In this document: piece by piece, positions 40,864 to 53,318 of the stretch
How positions within the stretch are numbered: the first letter of the stretch is position 1
Layout: every line of letters starts with the position of its first letter
Assembly: GCF_006345805.1 (NCBI RefSeq)
Contig: NC_043002.1
Span: forward strand, 70,866,001-70,930,000
Reading direction: 5' to 3'
Length of the DNA: 64,000 bases
Source: Octopus sinensis
Lineage: Eukaryota
The notes under the pieces: model-generated
Databases searched by the model: none
What the model was told of the DNA's origin: nothing
What the model saw: only the letters and a program-made list of their open reading frames with translations
Position numbers and translations under genes: made by a program

Positions 40864-42034
40864 TCAAGACATCCCATAAGTTCTGTCCGATTTTACCTTT
40901 TTAAAAATGGAATTTTAGAATGTCTAATGGAATTAAAGGTTATTTTTATGTATTTGTGTACATTTAAGCTAATTAATTATTATCTTGCAGAAAAATAGAA
41001 TTAAAATTTCTTTGATTGAAACCCTTTCTAACATGGGAGTATCGAAAGAGCATTTAAGGCACATAATGCTTAATGAGTAGAAGAAAATAAAAAAGAAACT
41101 CTGCTGCCGAAGCGACTCGAAATATGCACTCAGAAAGAATGCTTGAACGAAAGAACTCGCAGGAGATGGTTTGCAAAATTCAGGATTGGAGATTTCAGCC
41201 TTGAAGATGAAGATCGAACATGATGTCCAGTTGAGGCATTACTTGAGGCATTACTTGAAGAAAATCCTGCATTATCAGTTGAAGAATTAGCAATAAAGCT
41301 TAGTTCATCCCATACAACTGTTCATCGTCATCTTCAACAACTTGGAAAGGTTTCTAAAATTAGAAAATGGCGCCTCATGAATTGTCCGAAAGCAACCGAA
41401 AATTCCGAGTCTGTTCTTCTCTCCATTCTCGCGAACTCATTTCACCCTTCTTGGATAGACTTGTGACTGGTGACGAAAAATGGATCAATCGAAATGTTAA
41501 GCGTCGTAAACAGTGACTTGGTAAACAGAAAAAGGCTCAACCACAACCGAGAAGGGAACTTCATGGGAAAAATGCTTCTCTCTATCTAGTGGAATTGCAA
41601 ATGAGTAATTCACTTTCAATTGTTACCACCTAATGCAACAAGCAATGCTCAAGTCTACTGTCAGCAATTAGAGCGTTTGAATCAAGCTTTTCAACAGGAC
41701 AATGCGTGACGCCACACTGCAAAGATCACATCACATCCACCTTATTTTTCCGACCTTGCTCCTTCAGACTACCATTTGTTTCGTAGTTTACAGAATCACT
41801 TGGAAAAAATAAATTTCGCAAGCTAGGAGGAGGTCGAAACTGACATTTCAGAGTCCTTCGGTTTGAAACCAAAAGAGTTTTACATTGATGGAATTAAAAA
41901 GCTTGTAAATAGATGGATTGGAAGTCATAGATAGCCGGTGAAAGTACACTGATGATTAAATTTCAATTAAATATAACATTTGATCACTTGTTTTCTTTTT
42001 TCAAAATTCTGACAGAACTTGTGAGATGACCTGA
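40864..42034 (+). mobile_element. Decayed mariner (DD34D) transposon
   Basis: TA|TCAAGACATCCCATAAGTTCTGTCCGA ... TCTGACAGAACTTGTGAGATGACCTGA|TA TIRs; remnants of W.PHEL, LVTGDEKWI, QQDNA and HPPYxPDLAPSDYHLFRSLQNHL; many stops and frameshifts. Confidence 0.9.
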
Positions 42035-42898
42035 TATTTATTTTCATTCTTTTAAATATATATCATTTTCACATTCAAAATACCGAAATAGTAATGTCAT
42101 GACTAAAGAGCTGTAATCTGAAACCGGAAGAAAGTCACACCAGCGCCAAATAGCTATTGCCTGTTGTAAAGTTGTCTCTTAGAGTAGGTTAAACTGTTTT
42201 TATCATCTACAACTGGGTGCAGGCATGACTATGTGGTTTAAAAAGTTTTCTTGTCAATCCTATGATTCTTGTTTCAATCCTATTGCATGCCTCTAGGAAA
42301 GTGTTGCTTATCACTGCCTCAGGTTGAGCATTATCTTAGTAAAATTTAATACAATCTGTATGCGTGTGTTGACAGATAGGTGTATGTGTGTATATCTTCA
42401 CCTCAATGTAGCCAAACTCACATGAGAAAACTGCAAAACGTAATTTCTTGAGATTGTCTTGCATTGACAGAAGTACAGTGATCAAATGATTCTTGGAAAC
42501 ACGTAATGAGTGGAATTATTCATTAATGAAGTAAAGTTAAAAGTGATGATTAGTTTCAGATAGATGGCAACATGACAATGATCTCATTGACAGTTATTTA
42601 CATTTTCAATATAGTATTTATAATTGTTAAATGTTCTTTGTTTTTAGTTTTGTCACTAAGTGTGAAATATCATATCTAACCGTGTAGTAAAATTAGGATT
42701 GAAGCCGAAGCCTTTATCTATGAAAGTTTTTCCAATTTCTACATAAACGGATTGGAAATGTCTTGAAGTATCATTCAATATTTGTAAGTGTTATGTGTCT
42801 AGTGAAACTGCGTATTTGACAATATACAAATATACTTTTAAAAACATAATCATCCACGTAATACTCTCACACGATATGTATATATATATATATATCTT

Positions 42899-42931
<33 letters not shown>

Positions 42932-42944
42932 GTATGTTTTTACG

Positions 42945-43074
42945 CTCTCAGTTCAAATTCCGTCGAGGTCGAATTTGCCTTTCATCCTTTTGGGGTCGAT
43001 AAATTAAATACCAGTTGCGATTGCCCCCCCCCCCAAAAAAAAACATTTCGGGCCCTGTGCCTATAGCAGAAAAG

Positions 43075-43075
<1 letters not shown>
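42945..43075 (+). mobile_element. Partial S2 SINE
   Basis: CAGTTCAAATTCCGTCGAGGTCGAATTTGCCTTTCATCC core. Confidence 0.7.
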
Positions 43076-43113
<38 letters not shown>

Positions 43114-45044
43114 ACAAAGCTGGTGCCACAGCATGATCGCAGCTTTGAAGCAATAACATTTAAATATGTGTGTACGTGTGTGTGTGAGTGTGTATACCTG
43201 TTTTTTTTTTTTTTATAAATGGTTTACGCGAGTCTATTTTCCATCACTTACCTATTCCGTACAATCTAATATTTATCCCTGAAGTGCTGATGAATTCAAT
43301 TAATATGAAACTCTGAAAGAAAGATTTGGTCTCTTTGCACCGCCTGGCATGGGGATAAAAGTTCTAGGAACAGAACGTTCTCTGGGGGAATTTCTTTCGT
43401 GTTGCAGAGATTAATTTTTCTATCCATTCATTCTGTTGATTTCTGTCGGTCCCTCAAAATAATTCATGATGCATAAGAGTATTTTTTGAGCAATTTTGTA
43501 GAAAAATCCATCTAACCGTCCATTTTCTTCGACCATTATTCCTGGTAATGTCATCAGGCACCTCCTTTACTGTGTCGTGCTCGTGTCAGAATCAATCGTC
43601 ATTACATTTTCCGTCTAGATTCCCAGTCATGACCCATTGATGAACAAGAAGTGCATCTACGCGCGAATACACTGACTTCACTGAGACTGAGATCACAGGT
43701 ACGATAAAACGCTCAAATGTGGCAAGGACGTAAGGGAGCGTGAAAATCGGTGTAAGAGCTTAAAAGCTTTACATAAAGGAAATTTTCTCTCACATATCTG
43801 TGTTGCCAGGTTTCGTGGATCTCCGGATCGACAACAAAGAAATAGCAATCCCAGTTTTTATTTTTAAATGAGAGACAATACAGAGTGCTCTTCTTTGTTG
43901 AATTTTCTCAGTAAAGTCTACGCTAGGAGTCTAAACAACAGATGTAGGGAAATTTCGGAGCCTAAGGTATGTGAAAATGTGTGTGCTCTCTGTTCTAGAC
44001 AAAGATATATCTCTAACCCTGTTTATAATTTATTCAGTGAAGTACTTACTTCTCTTATTAAATTGAAAACGTTCATCTTTACAAAACTTTTCATGGGAAC
44101 CTTCTACCGTAAAATTACTACGTTGTCTTGGGCAAGAGTTTCAGAAAATGTTAGTGTAAAAGTGATGTAGGTAACATATTGTTAATGTGCGTTTATTAGA
44201 CATGTCGATTTTACAAACCCTGGGGAAATTTTGCTGAAACTTTAATGCTTATTTCTCTAAACGAACAAGGTCCATTGATCTTCCTCATTAGAATTATAAA
44301 GCATGATTATTTTGTGAATGATATGTCTCGTTGGTTTTCGAACTAAACTCTAGTACATTTACCTCAGATGCTTGTGAACATTTTGTCGAAATATTTGATT
44401 AATCACCCTTTACCATATCATCTTCTCAAATAATTTATAGCAGAATAACTAATGAATTTGAAATTTAAATGAATGTCCTCATGCAATGGTTTCTGTCACA
44501 AGTGATCTCCCTAACTTTCTTATAATCTAAACAGCACTGCATAATTAATCTGTTGTCTACTATGTGATATTTTCTAGTAGTTTTCTTAGAAAGAAAACTA
44601 ATTTTGACTTATTCAATTATTCGCAGCTAATTCAATATAAATATCATATTCTGTAATAATATCCTGCATTATTAATAACCTGCTGTAACAGTAAAATTCT
44701 ATTCAAATATGTTTCATAATAAGTTTTAATTATTTCACAGTAGACGTTCTTCATTTATAAATCTCATCGCTTTTAGAAACATGTTGGCTTTTGTCATTGT
44801 ATTCATATTAATATTAATATGAAAACACACACGCACATACACACACACAAACACACACTCACACATAGCAGTAATGAATAAATAATCTTTGTTATCATAA
44901 CTTATGAGATGCTGATGGATGATAATTCTATTCATCATCTGTTCCAAATAATTAGAATATTAACAATGAATAAATCTGAATCTAGTTAAAATAAACTTCT
45001 TGTCACAATTGTTTAGCTATAGGGATACGATTCCTTTGTATTAT

Positions 45045-45225
45045 AGGCACAGCTCTGAAATTGGGCGCAGAGGCCAGTCTATTATATCGACTACAGAGCT
45101 TGATGGGTACACATTTCATCGACTCAGAAAGGATTAAAGGCAAAATCCATCTCGATGGAATTTGATCTCTGAACTTAGAGACTAACGAAATGATGCTTAG
45201 CATGTTTTCCGGCGTGCCCGCTGCC
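45045..45225 (-). mobile_element. Diverged S2 SINE
   Basis: Degenerate S2 core and tail. Confidence 0.6.
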
Positions 45226-45395
45226 TTAAAGCATTGTAATAATTCTTTATTAGCCACGAAAAAACCTAGTTCAAAATAAATACAAAGGACATTATTTTTT
45301 ACACAGATAAGTGTAAACAATAGAAAAACAATGACACATTCTAACTAACAAACTTCCCAATAAATGAAAGCGGCACCCAGGGGCAATCATCTTAC

Positions 45396-45621
45396 GGGTT
45401 GTTGCTGTCCTCCTTAAATCTATCTTCACAAATTGTCCTGCTTCCGTGAGATGTGCCTGCCTGTCGTTGAGAGAGTTCGAAAAATACTGCATTGCTTCTG
45501 CTGGAATTCCAACAGAAGACTCTCTGCATGTGGTGTTTCCCCTAACAATTAATTTGTCGTCTTCATTCTTTAAGTTGCCCTTGTCATTGATGCCGCAGCT
45601 GCTGCTCAGGCGAAAGGTGTA
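45396..45621 (-). CDS. Candidate internal coding exon of an unidentified host gene (226 nt, phase 0 to phase 1)
   Basis: Acceptor AATAACTTATAG and donor CCC|GTAAGA; GC-richer than its flanks; only one frame is open: YTFRLSSSCGINDKGNLKNEDDKLIVRGNTTCRESSVGIPAEAMQYFSNSLNDRQAHLTEAGQFVKIDLRRTATT. No family recognised. Confidence 0.4.
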
Positions 45622-45896
45622 CTATAAGTTATTATAGATAAGTTATATTTTCGTTACAGCAGAGTATTCCAGCTGGTGTGTCATTTAACATCTCTTCCGA
45701 GACCTAAACTTGGTAGGGATTCGGACTCTGTTATAATATGTTATCTCATTTTATATTGACAGAGATCAACAGCAGATGCAACCGATTCTACATTATGGAC
45801 ATCGGAAGGATCAATGGCTATGCTGACCACAGCGAAATTTCAACTCAGGACGTAATGAACCGAAACATATAACGGAAGACATTTTGTTCGTAGATT

Positions 45897-45964
<68 letters not shown>

Positions 45965-46818
45965 AGGTTATATGAGTGTAAGTGTGTATTTGCATATATA
46001 CGTGCATGCATCCTTGCGCATATATGTGTGCATTTGTATGCTAAAATATTTAGAATTGATGGAGGCATCATGTCTTAGACAAATGCTGGTATATCAGATA
46101 CCATTTATTATAAATTCTCGATTTATTGAAATTATTTCCGCCTCTAGTTGAAGTGTCAAAATTACGAAATGGAAATTAAGTCGAGCATTATATGGGAAGA
46201 GGAGATAATCTTGAGAACCAAGAGTTCTTTAAAGTTGATATGCCATTACTGACAAAGAGAGGCCTATAGTCTGGAGATAGGAGGACAATAGTGGACGTGT
46301 GTTACTGCCTCAATAGGCAACATCAGCACGACAAGCGCTCAGGCTTATCACCATATTCAAGGGATCTATGCAAAAAGTACCGCATCCGCTTAGAACCCAC
46401 TGTGCAATGTGTATAATTTAAACAAAAATCATCTGAGAAATAAATCACGATGCGCAGTGTTTATAATTTATATGGTATCGAAAAATAAAGGTATATCAAG
46501 TACGAAGCGGCGTAAATTCTTGAAGATGCGTTATAATCACCAAATTGCATTGAAACCGAGCTTTATATAAGAAGCGGAGGATATCTCAAACATTCAAGAA
46601 TTCTCCTATTTTGATATATTATGGAAGAGAACAGGCTTCATGCAACTTGAGCATAAATTATGTCTGTATATGATGTGTGTGTATGTGTGTGTCCATGTGA
46701 GTATACCCGTGACTTTCTATAAATATACGTATATACAGTTCAAATTCACTTAAAAAGCAGACAGGTAGGGGGAATATACGCAAGTGTATTAGTTTCACGC
46801 TTGGGAAAAATGGAAAAT

Positions 46819-46854
46819 CTTTGACGTTTCGAGCCTATGCTCTTCGACATAAAG
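46819..46854 (-). ncRNA. Degenerate minimal hammerhead motif
   Basis: CTTT ATGTCGA AGAGCATAGGCTC GAAAC GTC AAAG: stems I and II intact, GUC triplet, two core substitutions. Confidence 0.45.
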
Positions 46855-46894
46855 GTGTTGAGAAAAAAATGGAGAGAGAACATATATATATATG

Positions 46895-46998
<104 letters not shown>

Positions 46999-47338
46999 AG
47001 TGTGTGTGTGTGTGCATACATACAAATATTTGTATATATATATATATATACATATGTATCTTTATATATATGTACGGAAAGAAACAAGATGAAAGTCACT
47101 AAACTAAAGAATATATTAGAATCGTAATAATAAAAGCATTATGCAATATAGTACAAACTAAGATATGTTCTTCCCGGTTATTATGTAGGGAGAAAAAAAT
47201 TTGTTTTCTACCACACTATATAATACTTTTACTATTATGATTCCAATATATTGTTTAGTCTTGTAAAACAAATCTGTGTTTTTCATCTTATTTCTTTCCG
47301 TATATATTAAACCGCTTGTAATCACTCACCATACTTTC

Positions 47339-47394
<56 letters not shown>

Positions 47395-47506
47395 TTGTGT
47401 GTGTGTGTATATGCATATATATATATATATATATAAAAATCCTTAAATCTTTAAAATCTTTAAAATTATTCAGCTTCAAAGCTGCGATCATGCAGGGGCA
47501 CCAACG

Positions 47507-47598
<92 letters not shown>

Positions 47599-47831
47599 AA
47601 AAAATGAGTTCAAAAAGAACAATTCAAACTTTGGGGGGATTCAAAAAGACAGAAAAATGATTTCTAATAAAGATTCATCATATTCATAAAAATCAGCCAG
47701 AGCAAGAAATAAGAATTTGAAAATAATATTTGAGTAGTTTCGTTATAGGTATACATATATAATATAAACAAGCATTAAAAATGGTGAAAAATGTAGAATC
47801 AGAAATAGATTTATTACAAAACTGGATTCAA

Positions 47832-47954
47832 TGCATACGTACGTTTCGAAAAACAATGCAAATATGTTAGAAAAATAATTTGATAATTATAATATAATTA
47901 TAATTATGATAGTAATTATAATCAAGTTTATGCTTTGTCATTCTCATCAGTGTG
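47832..47954 (-). ncRNA. Hammerhead-like motif with long stem II hairpin
   Basis: CACA CTGATGA GAATGACAAAGCA[AT-rich hairpin]TGCATTGTTTTTC GAAAC GTAC GTA TGCA: intact core, 13-position imperfect stem II, palindromic ACGTACGT stem III, stem I reduced to 2 bp. Confidence 0.5.
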
Positions 47955-48924
47955 AGGAATCTCTTGAAGAACATCAAGAAAGTTTAATACGATGAAATAG
48001 AATAAAATAAAATAAAACTAAAATAAGATACTATAAAAGAACATAGATGGGGCAATAAGGGAAAATCAGATGAATTACAGACCAAGTCGTGAAAGGGAAA
48101 ATTATGATAACAACAACAATAATAATAGTGAGAGAGATGAAAAAGAAAAAGAAAGACATATCAATTTGTAAGCAAGTCTATATGAGCAGTAAATATATAA
48201 GATAAGAATCTAACGGATATGTTAGTAGTTTACAGGTTTTTATATATGTTTGTATATATGTACATATATTTGAGTGTATATTTTTATGCGTTATGTGTAT
48301 ACGTATTTTTCCCTCTATTACTTGTGATTTAATTAATAATAATTTTCTCCATATTTTCGCTGTTCGTTTCTTATTCTTTCCCGATTGTCTCCCTTTCCCC
48401 GGGGTATTTTTTGAGTGGAGGACTTCTGCCGAACACACCGGCCTACCTCATCTTTGATCGTTGTCTCTTTTTGAAAAAATCTTTTTTGTTTTTGCCTATG
48501 CCTGCATGCACATTTTCTACTTATACATTGGATCATTCTCAAAAATAGTCTTGCTTCTCAGCTTCTAGTAATATGCACATATTTTTTTCGTTTTTCAATA
48601 TTATTATGTATACGTATAACTCTCTATGGCTTTTTTCTGCTAGTGACATTGTTACCTTGTACTCTACTAGACACACGTGGCCTTGTTTACATTGTATTTC
48701 GTCTCAACCTGTTAATATATTTTTAAACATATCCGTCAGATTCTTATGCTATAGTTTTACTGCACATATAGACTTGCATCCACATTCATATGTCTTTCTA
48801 TTTATTTTTCGTCTCGCTCACTATTATTATTATTGTTGTTATAATTATTTTTCCCTTTCACAACTTGGTTTGTAAATTATCCGATTTTCCCTTTTATTGT
48901 ATCTTATTTTATTTTCCGATCAAC

Positions 48925-49253
48925 AGGACCTGCTCGTGAAATTAATGTGCAAGTGGCTGAGCACTCGACAGACACGTGTAACCGTAACGTAGTTCTCATG
49001 GAGATTCAGCGTGACACAGAGTGGGATAAGGCTGGCCGTTTGAAATACAAGTACAAAAGAAACAGGGACAAAGAGTGATAGAAAGTTGTGATGAAGGTGT
49101 ATAGCAGGATTCGCCACAATTCCCTGACGGAGACTCGTGGAGCTTTAGATGTTTTAGCTCAATAAACACTCACAACGCCCGACCTGGGAATCGGAACAGC
49201 GATCCTACGACCGCGAGTCCGCTGCCCTAACCACTGTGCCATTGCGTCTCCAC
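48925..49253 (-). mobile_element. tRNA-derived SINE (S3 head, different 3' part from the 10910 copy)
   Basis: Head and body match 11040-11222; the distal ~130 bp is unrelated to that copy. Confidence 0.75.
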
Positions 49254-49904
49254 ATATGCACATATACATATATATCAATGTATGTAGTTGTGTTTTTGGG
49301 AATCTGCATCAGTGGCATCAAAGGATAGCTTATCATTAGACTATTTCTTTCTCTTATAAATAGTCATTGTTTTGCCTAAATTTGAAACCATTGGCATTTT
49401 ATGGGTCGTGGGTTAGTTCATAGATCGACACCGGTCTCAGTGAGAACCTGGGCGTCGACGATTTGCAGCTGCTCGCTTGCAGATGCGTACCATTTTGTTG
49501 CCAATGCCAGGAGACCTTGTGTGATATGATAACTCAAGGGTGTTAATGAAATTGAAGAAATGTGACCACTATTTGTTGAAATATGAACGAATGGGACAAG
49601 AATGGTATCATTGAATGGCCGGGTCTGCTCTGTGGATTCGCTTGTAGATTGAGGGAAGCGGATAGGGAGAGAGACTTCCTTGGTTAAACGTTTGACAGCG
49701 GTTATCTGGACTTCCACGAGCAGACCTTGAATGTATCCACAATTTTTCTTGTTTCATTTTTTTGTTTGTTTCTATGTGATACCTTTACTATTTACACACC
49801 TTCGTAAAATTCCCCACATTATATTGTATTCTATCGTCCCATGTCTTTCTTGATCTACTATCGAACCTTTAGGGTAATAAAGAAATCATTATTATTATTG
49901 TTGT

Positions 49905-50335
49905 GGTAGCGAGCTTCCAGAATCGTTAACTCGCAGAACAAGATGCTTTGCAACATTGCTTCCAGCTTTACCCACTGATGTCAGGTTTCAGCTTTGCCTT
50001 TCATCATTTCAGCATCCTTTCGACATCGATAATATAGGTGCTCTCGGATTGATGTAATCGACTTAACCGTGACTAAATTTGGTGGCCTTGTGTCAAAATT
50101 CAAAACCATTTTTATGCTTGCTAAAGAAGCGAGCTGACAGAATCGTCAGCTTAATGGATAAAATGCTTAGCGGCATTTCTTCGGCCCTTACGTTCTTGGT
50201 TCAAATTCCACCGATGTCGACGCTGCTTTTCAACTTCCCGAGGTCGAAGAAATAGGTAACGGTTGAGCACAGGGGTCGATGCAATAGACTGGGTTCCTCC
50301 CACAAAAGTTTAGATTTATGTCTACAGTAGAAATA
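49905..50335 (+). mobile_element. Two diverged S2 SINE copies
   Basis: GCGAGCT..CAGAATCGT heads and S2 cores. Confidence 0.65.
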
Positions 50336-51124
50336 ATTATTATTGTTGATGGTGATGTTGCTGGCGGGAGTAATTTCAATGGGAGCGGTGGTTGTAGGGG
50401 TGATAAGCTCTAACAGCGCGTACTCGTAACGATTTCATAATGTATATTTTCTTGAAACTAAAATTCCAATTTTATAACATTCTATCTCTGAAGTAGGATC
50501 TTTAATATCGCCTACCACATTTATGGAAGGCATAATAAACTGTCCACTCAGAACTCACAAGTTTCAGTGCATCTAAACTCAAGATACTTTGAATATATTC
50601 CTTTTGATATTTGTGTTGTTATGCATAAAATCAATTTGAATACGAGCAGAGTTGTTCGTATGGAGAATTGAGTTCAAGTATTCATTATCATTCTGACAAA
50701 GTTTAATAACAAGAATAATAGAAAATCGCTGACTTTTTCTCATGGGTTCATCACTCCAGAAAATTGCTTGCTATATTGCAAGGGATATTAAACCATTAAT
50801 GATCCATCCAATTCCAGGATCCATCAAGAAGTGCACAGATTGATGAATTCACATAGATAATACGCCAGCTGTTCCTCGCGGAAATCTTTCAATTATTGAA
50901 TGAAACTAAATCGAGATAATTACTTACTTCCCATGTAGAAATAAAAGCGACAGTATTCAGAATATATTTACATGATTGATAATAAAACTTCCCATTTTAT
51001 CAAGCCCTGAAATACGTAATTCAGATCATATATTTTAATAAACGGTAAGGTATGTTCCTCTGTTATTATTAAAGCGAAGTGCATTGTTATTACTATTATT
51101 ATTACTATTATTATTATTATTATT

Positions 51125-52235
51125 CAGTAGTTTTATTTTTATAACGTGCTTTCACTTCACTACCGAGCGCAGCTCTGTGTGCCTTGGGTATGTGTTGCGA
51201 TTTGTTGTGATGCTCTGATGGTTATTGTATGGAAAGTGTTCTGCGTAGGATGTGTGCAGTGCCTAGTTGTGCAATTTTCTGTATGTTATATGTGTTTGTA
51301 AGTCCTGGTGTTTTTGTAATGTATTTGTCTGAATATTTTTTATCATGCCTAATGCACCTACTATGATAGGGATTGTTTCTGTTTTCAGATTCCACATTCT
51401 GGTTACCTCTATTTCCAGGTCTTTGTATTTTGAGAGTTTCTCCATTTCTTTTAGAGACACGTTGTCATCTGCCAGTATTGATACATCAATTAGAAAGCAT
51501 TTTTTTCTTCATGATCTCTGACAACTATATCTGGTCTGTTGGCCTTAATTTCTCTATCTGTGTGTATCGGCATATCCCAGAGTATGCTTGCTTTCTCGTT
51601 TTCTGTGACCTTTTCTGGTGTGTGCCTATACCATCTTTTTTCTGTTGTTATTCCATAATGTTGGCATAGCTTCCAATGTATGTAGGTTCCAACTTTGTCA
51701 TGTCTGTGAATATATTCCTTCTTAGCCAGGACTGGGCAGCTAGAGATAATATGATTTATTGTTTCTTGTCCATCTCCACATATTCTGCAGTTACTTGTTA
51801 TATTTCTTTTCATTACATGTTTTTGGTAATTTCTGGTGGGGAGGCTTTGGTCTTGTGCTGCAATTAAAAATTCCTCTGTTTCTGCTTTGAGTCCTGAGCT
51901 TCTCAACCATTGCTGGGATTTTTCTTTGTCTATTTCTTTTGCATTTAGTTTAGTCCAGTATTTACCATGAAGGGGCTTTTCTTGCCATCGTTTTATCATG
52001 GTTCGTTGCTGTTCTATTTTTAGTTTGGATTTCATTTGTTTTATAGCTTTTGTTGTTTCTTCATCATCTTCTTCTTCTTCTTCATATTTATTAGGTGGTA
52101 TGATTTCTTGTTTGTATTTGTGAGCTTCCTTAAATACTGAGAACAGCTTTTTGTTTTGCTCGCGTTTTGCCGCTATTTGTATCAGTTTTCCTTCCTTCTG
52201 AAGTAGATATTTTTGCAGTCCTATGGTGGTTAATT
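51125..52235 (-). mobile_element. 5'-truncated R4/Dong-clade LINE, family B, copy 2
   Basis: TTIGLQKYL..KPLHGKYW..CCHC..RPDIVV; frameshifts in poly-A runs; 3'UTR nearly identical to 25331-25428; flanked by (TTA)n. Confidence 0.92.
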
Positions 52236-52243
52236 TATAGTAG

Positions 52244-52321
<78 letters not shown>

Positions 52322-52344
52322 CCTCCTCCTCCTCATCATCATCA

Positions 52345-52407
<63 letters not shown>

Positions 52408-52412
<5 letters not shown>

Positions 52413-52813
52413 TAGTTTTATTTTTATAGCGTGCTTTCACTTCACTACCGAGCGCAGCTCTGTGTGCCTTGGGTATATGCTGTGATTTGTTGTGATGCTC
52501 TGTTGGTTATTGTATGGAAAGTGTTCTGCGTAGGATGTGTGCAGTGCCTAGTAGTGCAATTTTCTGTATGTTATATGTGTTTGTAAGTCCTGGTGTTTTT
52601 GTTATGTATTTGTCTGAATATTTTTTTATCATGCCTAATGCACCTAATATGATAGGAATTATTTCTGTTTTCAGGTTCCACATTCTAGTTACCTCTATTT
52701 CCAGGTCTTTGTATTTTGAGAGTTTCTCCATTTCTTTTAGAGACACGTTGTCATCTGCCGGTATTGATACATCAATTAGAAAGCATTTTTTTTCTTCATG
52801 ATCTCTGACAACT
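52408..52813 (-). mobile_element. 5'-truncated R4/Dong-clade LINE, family B, copy 3
   Basis: IVVRDHEEKKCFLIDVSIP..RRTLSIQ* plus 3'UTR; (TTA)n on both sides. Confidence 0.92.
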
Positions 52814-52869
52814 ATTATTATTATTATTATTATTATTATCCTCCTCGTCCTCATCATCATCATCATTAA

Positions 52870-52937
<68 letters not shown>

Positions 52938-52964
52938 TACTATTACTATTTCATCGGGCTATTA

Positions 52965-53070
52965 TTATTATTTTTTTTCTCCTTCTTTCTTCAAATTTTC
53001 TTCCGTTTCTCGCCGAATGTTTTCCGAACACCTGGGGCACAGAAGCTCATTGTATGCATTCACCGATTAC
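52965..53070 (-). mobile_element. 3'UTR-only fragment related to R4/Dong family A
   Basis: Aligns by eye with 6965-7070 (TTCAAATTT.CTTCC.TTTCT.GCCGA..GT.TT.C.GA..CCT.GGGCA.AGAA.CTCAT.GTAT.CATT); abuts (TTA)n. Confidence 0.65.
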
Positions 53071-53206
53071 ACACGCAAATTCACAGGTAAAATATATATT
53101 TAAAAAATAAATAAATAAATAAATTCCTGAATGGATGTTGTTTTCAAAGCGATAATGCTCTTCTCGGTACATGGGCCGTTCCAGTTAACACGATTTTTTG
53201 CACTTA

Positions 53207-53255
<49 letters not shown>

Positions 53256-53257
53256 GT

Positions 53258-53295
<38 letters not shown>

Positions 53296-53318
53296 ATTAT
53301 CATCGTCATATTCATTAT

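Noticed and set aside
43280-43340. CTGATGA...GAAAC (plus) as a hammerhead
   Set aside because: Stem II is unconvincing and there is no stem I partner after any NUH.
50330-50900. Semi-open minus-strand frame (IERFPRGTAGVLSM*..MDPGIGWIINGL..)
   Set aside because: Several stops, no recognised motif and no clean splice sites.
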